Part shown: positions 26,818-35,200 of the stretch, one piece after another
How positions within the stretch are numbered: position 1 is the stretch's first letter
Layout of the letters: each line of letters begins with the position of its first letter
Origin: a virus
Lineage: Duplodnaviria; Caudoviricetes
Length of the DNA: 36,245 bases
Virus record (IMG/VR): IMGVR_UViG_3300049913_000008
Span: 1-36,245 of that record
Direction: 5' to 3' (one strand)
The notes under the pieces: generated by a model
The model's database searches: none
What the model was told of the DNA's origin: nothing
Seen by the model: the letters and a program-made list of their open reading frames with translations, nothing else
Position numbers and translations under genes: made by a program

Positions 26818-28501
26818 CTCCTTGTTGTTGCGCCATGAAATAGTTCATCATCGCCTGATTCTTTTGGTTAGTCTGCATACTGCCATCCTGCGGCATCAAA
26901 GCGTCAATAGCCGGTATCCCTCCGTCCATGTAAATCCGTCGTAAAGCCTCTTCTACATTCCCCCCGATAGTTGCCAGAATCGGCAACGTCCCTTGAAGCA
27001 GTTGAATCCGCGAAGCGCGGTCAACATCCGATATGAACATTGCCCTGAATTGATACTCGCCGTATTGGTCTTCACCCGGATTGCCAAACTGCTGATTCAT
27101 TACGTGAATCATTTCGAGAAGATCAACTGCACCTTCGGAGTATATCTGACTGATTGTATTGATACGCGGCATGGCATTTTCGCTTAGGGCAATAACACCA
27201 CGAGCCGTCTTATTCGATCCAACTCCGGCTTGTCCACTCGTGTAAGGCGTATTGCCTGATGTTGACTGCTCTTGCTGCTTCATCATAGACATAAGAACGG
27301 GCAATGTTGCAAGGACACCATTTGGAGACGGCTTAAACTCATATATCTGATCGGCTATTGCCAGACCGCCAGTATTGAACTCAATCGCTACAACCTTGTT
27401 AGGAACGTAGTTCTGAATCTCCTTGACATCCATTTCCATCTTGGCGTTAATGGCCTTCATCGGCCTTAGTTCCATGATTCCGGCGTCAATAGCCATATTC
27501 AGAAATGTCGTTTGGATAGCCTGATTATCGCGCAATGGTTCAATGAATCCAGTCGGCCAGAAATTATCCTCGTCCGTGCTTACCGATAGTTGAATGAATG
27601 GTTTTGCCTGATAGTCGTTTGGATTCTCTTGATTGACGCCATTGAGTAAAACGCCATCAAATCCAGTCCCTCCCCAGGGAATTGCAGAATACACGAATCG
27701 CTTGTCCTCAAAGTAACCCACCACACGAACGTTCTTACGCATTGGGTCAAGATCAATACTGCGAGTATCATACTGCGTGGTTGGATCATTACCAAACACG
27801 CCTCTTCCCATGCGATACTTGAGTCCCTCGACCTGCTTTTTTGATATGTAACCTTGTGACGCCTCTGCCCAATCCATGAGGAACTGAATTGACTTGACTG
27901 ACTCCTCAATCACATATTCGCAGTCTTCCATTGATTTGCCACGAGGATCGGGATAAAAGTCACTACGTGGAACCAGGTCAACACGCGGGCCGTCAAATAC
28001 CTCGCCCTGTCTGAATGACGCCTTAGAGCTTTGTAGGTCTCGCTCGTAAATCTTCCCGTATTCAGTCTGCCAACGAAGTTTAAGAATTGCCGAGCCGAAC
28101 TTGACAGCCTGCTTTGCCGCGACTATCATCTGTCGCGTTATCCTGCCATCATGCACCTGATTACGCATCTTATTCTGAACATAAAATGCGCTTGCCGTAG
28201 TGGTCTTTGTTCCCGGCTTGGGAAGAACAGTGAACCATCCCTCAGAGTTAAGCCCCTGCTGAATACGAGGGGCTAAAGACTCTACTGCATCCCAAAGGAC
28301 TGACGCGGTTACGCGAGAGATACGCTGATCTGGTTGAAAGATACGACCGCGCTCGTCTGTGGAGCGATTGAGATTGCTGAGTGAACCAAGCCGCAACCAT
28401 TGGTCGAGATTGTTCCACTTGGTCAGATAGTCCTGATGTCTGTCAGACGCTATCCGATAGCGCGTGCCAAGCATAAGGCGAGTTTGGTCTATGGAGTCCA
28501 T
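26795..28501 (-). CDS. Portal protein (P22/SU10-like)
   Basis: AVKFGSAILKLRW, DFYPDP...CEYVIE, NP...KPF, FWPTGFIEPL...Q, KTARG, Q/M-rich tail; follows TerL. Confidence 0.9.
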   Translation of the reverse strand: MDSIDQTRLMLGTRYRIASDRHQDYLTKWNNLDQWLRLGSLSNLNRSTDERGRIFQPDQRISRVTASVLWDAVESLAPRIQQGLNSEGWFTVLPKPGTKTTTASAFYVQNKMRNQVHDGRITRQMIVAAKQAVKFGSAILKLRWQTEYGKIYERDLQSSKASFRQGEVFDGPRVDLVPRSDFYPDPRGKSMEDCEYVIEESVKSIQFLMDWAEASQGYISKKQVEGLKYRMGRGVFGNDPTTQYDTRSIDLDPMRKNVRVVGYFEDKRFVYSAIPWGGTGFDGVLLNGVNQENPNDYQAKPFIQLSVSTDEDNFWPTGFIEPLRDNQAIQTTFLNMAIDAGIMELRPMKAINAKMEMDVKEIQNYVPNKVVAIEFNTGGLAIADQIYEFKPSPNGVLATLPVLMSMMKQQEQSTSGNTPYTSGQAGVGSNKTARGVIALSENAMPRINTISQIYSEGAVDLLEMIHVMNQQFGNPGEDQYGEYQFRAMFISDVDRASRIQLLQGTLPILATIGGNVEEALRRIYMDGGIPAIDALMPQDGSMQTNQKNQAMMNYFMAQQQGGGNAGMG

Positions 28502-30099
28502 CAGTAACCTGTAATAGATGAATCCGGCGTATAGACATATTCCGAAGTTTGCGAATGACGGCGGTTATATCCCTTCACCGATTTAACCAGATACCGGAGA
28601 AGGTCGCAGAAGTCTTTGAATTTTTCCTCCAGTTTCTCGCTTGATATTTTCAATTCCGATGCCGTTCCCTTCAAGGTTTCGTATTTGAGATACTGAAACA
28701 TTCGGATATGATTAGCGCAACGCGCACTGACATAAATTCTCGGCCTATTGCCGATTGTAAGTTGCCGTCCTTCTCGTTCCCATCTGGCTTTATCGAACGA
28801 AAGCATCTGTCTAATTATTTCAATTCCACTTCCAATCTCGGCCTCGCCTAAGTCCGATCCAACTTGCGGAATTGTAAAGTGCATCTTGACACCTGCATTG
28901 GTTGCCGCACGTCGTAATTCCTCAACCGTTGTTCTATTAGTATTCGGGTTATTCTGCTTGGCGTAGCGCGGGTCAATGAACCTGTCAACTATATTCCCGC
29001 CATACGCCTGTTCGATTGAATGAAACACCTTAATCAGATCGTTGTAATCGAACTGGTGTTGCTTTATCGAATCGTAGAACTTGCCCTCAAACGCACCTGA
29101 AAAGTAATTCGGCCACTCGTCTATGATATAAAAATTGTCTTCTGGATCGTAACCGTAAAGTCCCCAAGCAGGAGGACGTTTGCTGTGCGGATCAATAACC
29201 GAGTAAAGTTGTAGTTCGCGCCTGCGCACCTCTTCAAGCGTTATCTCTTCGACAACATGAACTTCAGGTGTGAATATCGAAAAGGCAATGTCGCGCATGA
29301 TGATGAACTTACCATACACGCGAGCGTCTATTTCCGATTCGTCCCATTGGGAAATCTGTCTCTCAATAGCCAACTTGTGAACATATCCGCCATTACACCG
29401 GCAGTCGTCGCCATGCTTTTCGGGCGTCATACAAGAGCAATTATCCCATATCGTTGACTCCACCATCTTAATATCTTGGTCTCGATTTGACACAAGCATA
29501 TCATACATCCATGCGGCCTGTAATAGTGGCGTCATAGTGAACATAAGGATTCCACCAGTTCCCTTGCGCATACGAGCAGTAGATGCTATGAAAATACTTT
29601 TGCGCGGAGGTTCGTCAAACCAAATCACATCTTTCGATACCGATTCAAACTTGTCATCGTCTTGGTCATAGGTAAGAATGTCGAACGAACTGCCATTCTT
29701 TAGTTTCCAAACTACCTCAAGCGACGTTCCGCCCTTCTTAGGATAACCGTCTGCAAGATCATACCTAAGCAGGCGTTTGAGAAGTGGTATAATTGCGTTA
29801 CTTGCATCACCTTCACCTGTAAGAGCGGGCTTTTCAGCGCATATCCTGCCATCTAAAGGAGGCTTTGGATACTTGCCTTTAACCCAATGGCAACCTTTCA
29901 TAGCGGCTACGAAATCCGCACATCCTCCGTAGGTTTTTCCGCTTCCGTTGCCCGCTATAAAGACGGGGATATGGCAATTAAGATCGTGAAAGAGCTTTTG
30001 TTTAGGATTTGGTTTGTAATACTTGAGCGGGTTACGTATCCTGTCGGTCAGGATAGCCCGCGCCATTTCGTCAAGGTCGTATGATTGCGATTGTTTCAT
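28501..30099 (-). CDS. terL: Terminase large subunit
   Basis: PNPKQKLFH, Walker A AGNGSGKT, Walker B IWFDEPP, TMTP, nuclease IDPH / FIDP / DFCDLLRY. Confidence 0.95.
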   Translation of the reverse strand: MKQSQSYDLDEMARAILTDRIRNPLKYYKPNPKQKLFHDLNCHIPVFIAGNGSGKTYGGCADFVAAMKGCHWVKGKYPKPPLDGRICAEKPALTGEGDASNAIIPLLKRLLRYDLADGYPKKGGTSLEVVWKLKNGSSFDILTYDQDDDKFESVSKDVIWFDEPPRKSIFIASTARMRKGTGGILMFTMTPLLQAAWMYDMLVSNRDQDIKMVESTIWDNCSCMTPEKHGDDCRCNGGYVHKLAIERQISQWDESEIDARVYGKFIIMRDIAFSIFTPEVHVVEEITLEEVRRRELQLYSVIDPHSKRPPAWGLYGYDPEDNFYIIDEWPNYFSGAFEGKFYDSIKQHQFDYNDLIKVFHSIEQAYGGNIVDRFIDPRYAKQNNPNTNRTTVEELRRAATNAGVKMHFTIPQVGSDLGEAEIGSGIEIIRQMLSFDKARWEREGRQLTIGNRPRIYVSARCANHIRMFQYLKYETLKGTASELKISSEKLEEKFKDFCDLLRYLVKSVKGYNRRHSQTSEYVYTPDSSITGY

Positions 30100-30104
30100 A
30101 GTTG

Positions 30105-30157
30105 GTGGCAGGCCGGGAGTTGGGAGTGAATAGGCGAGGAAACTCCCGGCCTGTCGC
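30105..30157 (+). other. 17-bp stem-loop abutting the TerL start
   Basis: GTGGCAGGCCGGGAGTT-19 nt-AACTCCCGGCCTGTCGC; the two non-Watson-Crick pairs are G-U only on the + strand. Confidence 0.75.
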
Positions 30158-30225
30158 AGTAACCTAAAGAGTAGTCCCGCCTGTTACGGCAGGAATTACG
30201 GTTGCTCCAGAACCGGCAATGACTT

Positions 30226-31662
30226 TTACCAAGACGCGCCACCACCAGAAATGACCGCGCCTGCGCCACCACGCACAACCCGATATTTCAGACACCATAC
30301 CATGATGCCTGAAACCCCAACGCCTGCGCCAGTCGTTAGAAACTCATAGCCCAGGTCAATACCATTCGACAGTCCATGAAAGACAGGATGTAGGGCTGTC
30401 CCGTCAACTGGAAGTTCAACCACACCAGGAGCCGCAGGATTCTCTTTATTTCGCAAATCAGCCGCCCACACTGTCGGCACGGGCCATTGAATACGCTCAA
30501 GCGCATCAAATTCTGCTGTTGCTCCTGGTGTGCCCGTCAGAATATCCACGACCCGAAGTCCTGACCCAAACTCAAAGAATGTTGAATCGCCGTTGGTCGT
30601 GCAGACAAGCTCCGTTGAATCATAGACTTCAAGATAGAACTCTATCTCAACTTTCACCGGGAAATCCAACACCATGTGCTTGGCATCCGTGTTCCAGGCA
30701 GCCAAAGAAAAGTCGGGAGCGACCGTTAGATATTGCCAAGCATTAGAATTGATTTTGGCTTCGCCTGTTGCCAGTGAATCCCTCAAATCCTCCTGCATTT
30801 GCTCGGCATATTCAAGTTTAGTTGTCGTAACGGTATCCATCTGATTCTGAAGATAGTGGAATCCGCCAATGAACGGCACGCCAGCAGCAGGCTCTTCGGC
30901 TGTTGGCCAAGAGGTAATGCCTCGCGTGGTATTCCATTCGTAGAAGAGGGAATCCAGTCGGTCATACATTGACCTAAGTCCCGCGATCATTGGCGCTCCG
31001 GCTGTTCCGGGTGCCTCTCCCGCAGGCCACGTTGTGATTCCACGAGTCGTGTTCCACTCATAACGCAGGGAATCCACTAAGTCGTAAATCGCACGTAGAA
31101 CCTCAAACTGATTTGCCCCACTCACCGGCGCTACCGCTGCCGGATATGTGCCAATGCCAGATGTCGTGCCCATCCACGACTTTAGTGTGTCGGCGATATT
31201 GGAGTCATAGAACTCATAATCCATCCTCTTCACGCCTGATGCGATCTTGGTCGCCGTCAATACCTGTCGAATCAATGCAGTTGGAGGAGGCACGTCCATA
31301 ATCCAAACGTAATCTCCAACGGTAATCGTTGCCGATAAACCAAGAGACGCATCATTGCCTGCACCTTCAACCTCTTTGTCGAGTATCAGAGTCCCAGAAC
31401 TTGCGGTGTATTCGAGAATCTGACACGCAGAGTTCTGAGGGGCAGCCAAATCGGTCGTTCTGGAAATATACACGAATTTGCCTACCAAATCGGTTGTGCC
31501 GATATAGGCGTATATCTCCGGTATCAGAAGAGTGTCATCTTCATATCCAGAGGCAACAGTAGTTGCGTAGATGAAAGGCCCGTAATCCTTCGCTTGCGCG
31601 ACAGGAGCGGCAAGGCCAATCAGAATGATGGCCACCAAGAGGATGATGATTGTCTTTTTCAT
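30226..31662 (-). CDS. Signal-peptide virion-type protein with three internal repeats
   Basis: AAGGAG SD; MKKTIIILLVAIILIGLAAPVAQA|K; N-domain similar to the upstream gene. Confidence 0.8.
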   Translation of the reverse strand: MKKTIIILLVAIILIGLAAPVAQAKDYGPFIYATTVASGYEDDTLLIPEIYAYIGTTDLVGKFVYISRTTDLAAPQNSACQILEYTASSGTLILDKEVEGAGNDASLGLSATITVGDYVWIMDVPPPTALIRQVLTATKIASGVKRMDYEFYDSNIADTLKSWMGTTSGIGTYPAAVAPVSGANQFEVLRAIYDLVDSLRYEWNTTRGITTWPAGEAPGTAGAPMIAGLRSMYDRLDSLFYEWNTTRGITSWPTAEEPAAGVPFIGGFHYLQNQMDTVTTTKLEYAEQMQEDLRDSLATGEAKINSNAWQYLTVAPDFSLAAWNTDAKHMVLDFPVKVEIEFYLEVYDSTELVCTTNGDSTFFEFGSGLRVVDILTGTPGATAEFDALERIQWPVPTVWAADLRNKENPAAPGVVELPVDGTALHPVFHGLSNGIDLGYEFLTTGAGVGVSGIMVWCLKYRVVRGGAGAVISGGGASW

Positions 31663-31673
31663 TGTTTTTCTCC

Positions 31674-32435
31674 TTACGCCAATGAAGCGTTGACGGAATT
31701 GCGGACGCACTCAAGCTCCACGTAGAACCCGGTGCAGGTAACATTGGCTCCAATTGCCGCGATGGTCAGAACCTTCGTTGTGGCAAGTAGATGACCAATG
31801 GGGATCGCAGGATTAACACCTGCCAATCCATTCACCTTGTCCTTGAATGTCGCATTGTCGGCTTCCGAGATGCAAACCTGAGCGAGCGGAATGGTGTCGT
31901 TTGAGGTCAACTTGATGCCGGTTGAAGCGGTTGCGGCGGTTACTGCATTGCCCTGGAACTTTGCAGACTTGATGAATACCGACCCAGTTGCTGTTGCGAG
32001 TGTATCTCCCGCAGACGTCGGATGGCCAGTTGCGTAGGACTTCTGGAAGATGAATGTCGTTCCCACGCCTTTGTCCGCGGCCATCCATGGCGGAATAAGG
32101 TGGAACTCGTCACCTTCTTTGGTTGCGGCGGTGAGAGCCGCGAAGGTAAGTTTGCCCAAGTCGGTAGAGGCCGATACGATAGACATCTCTCCGACCGTCA
32201 ATCCAGTTGTCTGGGCGTTGTTCGCCTGAAACTGAATGACCCAGTTCTTGAAGTAGTCCGTGCCGTAACCCGCAAGCGCGTTGTCGGTAAGCGTGGTCGT
32301 AGCCAGATCACCATTGACATACACCTTGAGCGGCACGTCCATCTTCGTTGCCAGTTGACTACCCCAAAGAGCAGCAACCGGCGGATTTTGCCGCTTGATG
32401 TTCGGGAAATAGTCCTTCAAAACGTTTTTTGCCAT
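31674..32435 (-). CDS. Virion-type Thr/Ala-rich protein, first gene of the late operon
   Basis: AAGGA SD before MAKNV; TTTLTD...DYFKNW...G..T...GDEF beta domain. Confidence 0.75.
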   Translation of the reverse strand: MAKNVLKDYFPNIKRQNPPVAALWGSQLATKMDVPLKVYVNGDLATTTLTDNALAGYGTDYFKNWVIQFQANNAQTTGLTVGEMSIVSASTDLGKLTFAALTAATKEGDEFHLIPPWMAADKGVGTTFIFQKSYATGHPTSAGDTLATATGSVFIKSAKFQGNAVTAATASTGIKLTSNDTIPLAQVCISEADNATFKDKVNGLAGVNPAIPIGHLLATTKVLTIAAIGANVTCTGFYVELECVRNSVNASLA

Positions 32436-32451
32436 GTCATCCTTCTTTCTT

Positions 32452-32492
32452 AAAAATAGAAAACCCCCACAGAGACTATGCTCCGTGAGGGC
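32452..32492 (-). terminator. Terminator-like hairpin with U-rich tract
   Basis: GCCCTCACGGAG-CATAGT-CTCTGTGGGGGT-TTTCTATTTTT on the - strand. Confidence 0.65.
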
Positions 32493-32494
32493 GT

Positions 32495-32522
32495 AATATA
32501 GACCATGAATCAACTATGTCAA
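32495..32522 (-). promoter_or_regulatory. Sigma70-type late promoter
   Basis: TTGACA-16 nt-TATATT on the - strand. Confidence 0.65.
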
Positions 32523-32544
32523 TACGTCACATTCCCGACAATTC

Positions 32545-32742
32545 CTAAACGTTCCTTCTTATTTTGCCCTTGAAGTAGCGAATTATCTGCACGCGGTCAA
32601 ACCGCAACGGCTTTTCAAAAGAACAAAGTGGAGGAGGGAAATTGGGGTCTCTTCGGCGTAGTCGTTCAGCCCATTTGGAGTTCTTCTTCCGCCAACGACT
32701 GATCTGTAACAGCGTAACCGAGTGTTCGATGACCTTGTTCAT
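32545..32742 (-). CDS. AlpA/excisionase-like small DNA-binding protein
   Basis: RRRDPNFPPP...LRFDRVQI..YF pattern; basic. Confidence 0.55.
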   Translation of the reverse strand: MNKVIEHSVTLLQISRWRKKNSKWAERLRRRDPNFPPPLCSFEKPLRFDRVQIIRYFKGKIRRNV

Positions 32743-32879
32743 CTTGTCACCACAAATAAAGTTATCACGCCGGTCACGAACATCACTATTCCATTGATTA
32801 ACATTACGATTTCGAGTAGCGATATTCGGGATTTTGTCGGTATTTCAATAGGAAATATCCGATAATCCATTTCGGGCAT
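32739..32879 (-). CDS. 46-aa membrane peptide (not in ORF track)
   Basis: MPEMDYRIFPIEIPTKSRISLLEIVMLINGIVMFVTGVITLFVVTR; ATGA overlap. Confidence 0.5.
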   Translation of the reverse strand: MPEMDYRIFPIEIPTKSRISLLEIVMLINGIVMFVTGVITLFVVTR

Positions 32880-32905
32880 TCCTTTAACCGACCAAGATAC
32901 CTTAT

Positions 32906-33199
32906 TCACCATCCTCTCCTGCGTTTTTGTGCCTTCCGACGAATGAGTTGACGTTCTTTACGAAGGAACTTAGTCCATTCTGGCGCGGTCATTGATTTCC
33001 TAAGCACGTTGCGGCGATAAAAGCGTGATGAATAGACGATCAATGTGTTGTCGCCTTGTTTGATTGGCTGATAAGCATACTGAAGAATCTTATCTATCCA
33101 GTCTTTAGTCGAACCTTCCGCACGCCATATATTCTCGACCGCCATATCGGTTATAATAGAATCCCACCATCCTTCGTGCGGATTCACTTGACACCCCAT
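32906..33199 (-). CDS. Hypothetical protein
   Basis: Fills the gap in a tightly packed operon; start may be the GTG at 33187. Confidence 0.55.
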   Translation of the reverse strand: MGCQVNPHEGWWDSIITDMAVENIWRAEGSTKDWIDKILQYAYQPIKQGDNTLIVYSSRFYRRNVLRKSMTAPEWTKFLRKERQLIRRKAQKRRRGW

Positions 33200-33534
33200 T
33201 GGTTTGACGCCATAAGATTTCTACGAATCTCGCCAGCAATCTTGACCGCATGATCTGCATCATTTGCGCGACACCAGACCTCAAGCATATTCCCACTTGT
33301 AATTGAGTGACTTTCTTTATTATTAATCCAAGCCTCTACAACATTAGTCACATCACCATTAGGGAACATCTCGACTAAAAATCCTCTATGGCACTCTTCT
33401 TTAGCAGGGTCTAACTCAAACTCCTCGATATTTTGGTTATTGCTGACGTATGCTAATGCAAGATCTTTAGTCGAAAAAACAGCATCTATTGAATACGAAC
33501 TGTATTCCCCACTTGTGACCACAAAAACATTCAC
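33184..33534 (-). CDS. Conserved-looking phage hypothetical protein
   Basis: VFVVTSGEYSSYSIDAVFSTKDLA...IEEFELD pattern common in phage small genes; GGAGG SD. Confidence 0.75.
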   Translation of the reverse strand: MNVFVVTSGEYSSYSIDAVFSTKDLALAYVSNNQNIEEFELDPAKEECHRGFLVEMFPNGDVTNVVEAWINNKESHSITSGNMLEVWCRANDADHAVKIAGEIRRNLMASNQWGVK

Positions 33535-33728
33535 TTGACCTCCGTAAAATCAGGGTCGCGCCACCACTGCGTTCCGACTCTTTTGCACTGTTCTTTATGA
33601 GACAACATCTCCCAACGTTCCCTAAGTCTATTCATTTCCTTTCGTTCATTGTCCCTGATAGTCCTTAGTTTTACTATAACTATCCACGCTATTATCACTG
33701 ATGGTATCCAATGTAGCCACGACATCAC
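33531..33728 (-). CDS. Small membrane protein
   Basis: GGAGG SD; N-terminal hydrophobic helix. Confidence 0.65.
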   Translation of the reverse strand: MMSWLHWIPSVIIAWIVIVKLRTIRDNERKEMNRLRERWEMLSHKEQCKRVGTQWWRDPDFTEVK

Positions 33729-34168
33729 TTTACCTCCGTAAATTCTGCGTCCTGCGCGTTGAATATCGGCAGGCGACCATCCGCTATATCGCGTGCCGTC
33801 TCGCCTATCAGCTTCTTTTTTTCAGATTCCGACATCTGCGCAATCTCCTTCATCACCTTGCGTGTGTCCTCGTCGTATCCATGCTCCATCTTGCCGCTTA
33901 TTACCTTCTTGTCGCCCAAAATCTTCGTCAAAAGCACCGCCGCCGTCTTGCTATCCGGGTGATCCATGCACCACAAGAACATCTTGTGCGCGAATACCTG
34001 ACAGTTTTTGATCCCAAGTATCTCAACGGCTGTCACCATGCCAGCATCACCATCAGGCATCAGCCGCCGACTCATGCGTTCCTTCTCGCGGTCATCCGCC
34101 GTTGCCCAAAGAACCAGCAAATCTTCGGTTGTCATGCGCACAAGCGCGGTCGAATCGTCTTTAGCCAC
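33725..34168 (-). CDS. Probable terminase small subunit
   Basis: Helical, with TerS-like tail KILGDKKVISGKMEH...QMSESE...DAEFTEV; likely GTG start at 34168. Not adjacent to TerL. Confidence 0.5.
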   Translation of the reverse strand: MAKDDSTALVRMTTEDLLVLWATADDREKERMSRRLMPDGDAGMVTAVEILGIKNCQVFAHKMFLWCMDHPDSKTAAVLLTKILGDKKVISGKMEHGYDEDTRKVMKEIAQMSESEKKKLIGETARDIADGRLPIFNAQDAEFTEVK

Positions 34169-34457
34169 CGATAGACCTAATCTCGCAGACTTCCCAATCG
34201 TCCGCAAGTTGATCATCAACGTTAGGACGATAGAAACGAAACTCAGCATCAATTCCGTCATCCCTTGGATGGAATACCTTATCTACCAGTTGACAAAATT
34301 TCGATCCAAGAACTTCATTCTCGGCTACGTGAGGATCAAACATAGCCGAACAATGCAGGTTTTTACCACACACTATCCACCAGAAATCAGGATCGGAAGT
34401 CCTGCGAATAATCCGCGCCTTATCCCTACACTCCGCCAACGCTTCAAGATACGTCAT
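34161..34457 (-). CDS. Hypothetical protein
   Basis: MTYLEAL...IIRR...DQLADDWEV pattern. Confidence 0.7.
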   Translation of the reverse strand: MTYLEALAECRDKARIIRRTSDPDFWWIVCGKNLHCSAMFDPHVAENEVLGSKFCQLVDKVFHPRDDGIDAEFRFYRPNVDDQLADDWEVCEIRSIGG

Positions 34458-34461
34458 TGCC

Positions 34462-34896
34462 TTAACCCTTTATCCTATACCGCTTGTGAACCCCGCGACC
34501 ATTGACGCCCCCACCTTCGATTTCCGCCAGTCCTGCGGCTGCCAGACCATTCATCATGTTCTGAAAACGCCGCGTATCGCCCCAAACCCACTCCTCACAC
34601 ACACCCGACGCCCTCACCTCCGCTACATTGAACCAGTCTTTGCCCTTTCCCCAAGCAAAAACCTTCATCACATTGTCCAACTGCTTCTGTTTCACATCCC
34701 GCGACATACCGCGACTCGCCCAAACCGTGCGCTTCTTTCTCTCCCGCGCCGTTTTTGAGGCTATTCGCACTCGCTCCCGACACTCTGGAGTCGCATACGA
34801 CCCGCTCCGTAGACCCGTATTGTGAACGACCTCGCCACAACCACACACACAGTAGCGAATAATGCCGCGACTGATGAGTCTCTCAAGACCGTTCAT
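34462..34896 (-). CDS. Zn-finger plus winged-helix-like protein
   Basis: CVCGCGE...TPEC, basic helix, L...GL.E...RYRI. Confidence 0.65.
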   Translation of the reverse strand: MNGLERLISRGIIRYCVCGCGEVVHNTGLRSGSYATPECRERVRIASKTARERKKRTVWASRGMSRDVKQKQLDNVMKVFAWGKGKDWFNVAEVRASGVCEEWVWGDTRRFQNMMNGLAAAGLAEIEGGGVNGRGVHKRYRIKG

Positions 34897-35056
34897 TCAT
34901 CATCCTGACAATTTGATTCCAACGCTCGACTATTCGCCTGAGCGTCTTGTTCGCCGCCTCGATCCGCGCCGCCTCAAGGTAAATAAAGTCCGCGCAAAAT
35001 CCAACCGGAGACTTCATCTTGCGAAACGACGGCGGAGCGAAGTCAAGTGCGTTCAC
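34883..35056 (-). CDS. 57-aa hypothetical protein (not in ORF track)
   Basis: GTG start; MNALDFAPPSFRKMKSPVGFCADFIYLEAARIEAANKTLRRIVERWNQIVRMMNERS; first ORF after the leftward promoter. Confidence 0.5.
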   Translation of the reverse strand: MNALDFAPPSFRKMKSPVGFCADFIYLEAARIEAANKTLRRIVERWNQIVRMMNERS

Positions 35057-35096
35057 GACCAGTCACCCTATTGTTTATTATCCCCTCTTGTTCCCT

Positions 35097-35125
35097 AAGA
35101 TACCCGCCGCGACAAACAATGTCAA
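35097..35125 (-). promoter_or_regulatory. Leftward sigma70 promoter
   Basis: TTGACA-17 nt-TATCTT. Confidence 0.75.
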
Positions 35126-35165
35126 GAGAAATCTCAAAATATTTTCAGAGACCACCGATTTTCTC

Positions 35166-35194
35166 TTGATTCACCAACCGAAATTGACGATATT
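35166..35194 (+). promoter_or_regulatory. Rightward sigma70 promoter
   Basis: TTGATT-17 nt-GATATT. Confidence 0.5.
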
Positions 35195-35200
35195 GTGAGC

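Noticed and set aside
30096-30278. 60-aa ORF upstream of TerL as TerS
   Set aside because: Overlaps the upstream gene, runs through the hairpin region and has no TerS-like features.
30820-31180. Diversity-generating retroelement TR/VR pair
   Set aside because: The repeats are in-frame protein repeats differing mostly at synonymous sites, not at adenines; no reverse transcriptase in the window.
11279-31562. Numerous + strand ORFs (e.g. 15566-16267, 19883-20506, 24249-24878)
   Set aside because: Antisense shadows of well-supported - strand genes, without SD sites or recognisable motifs.
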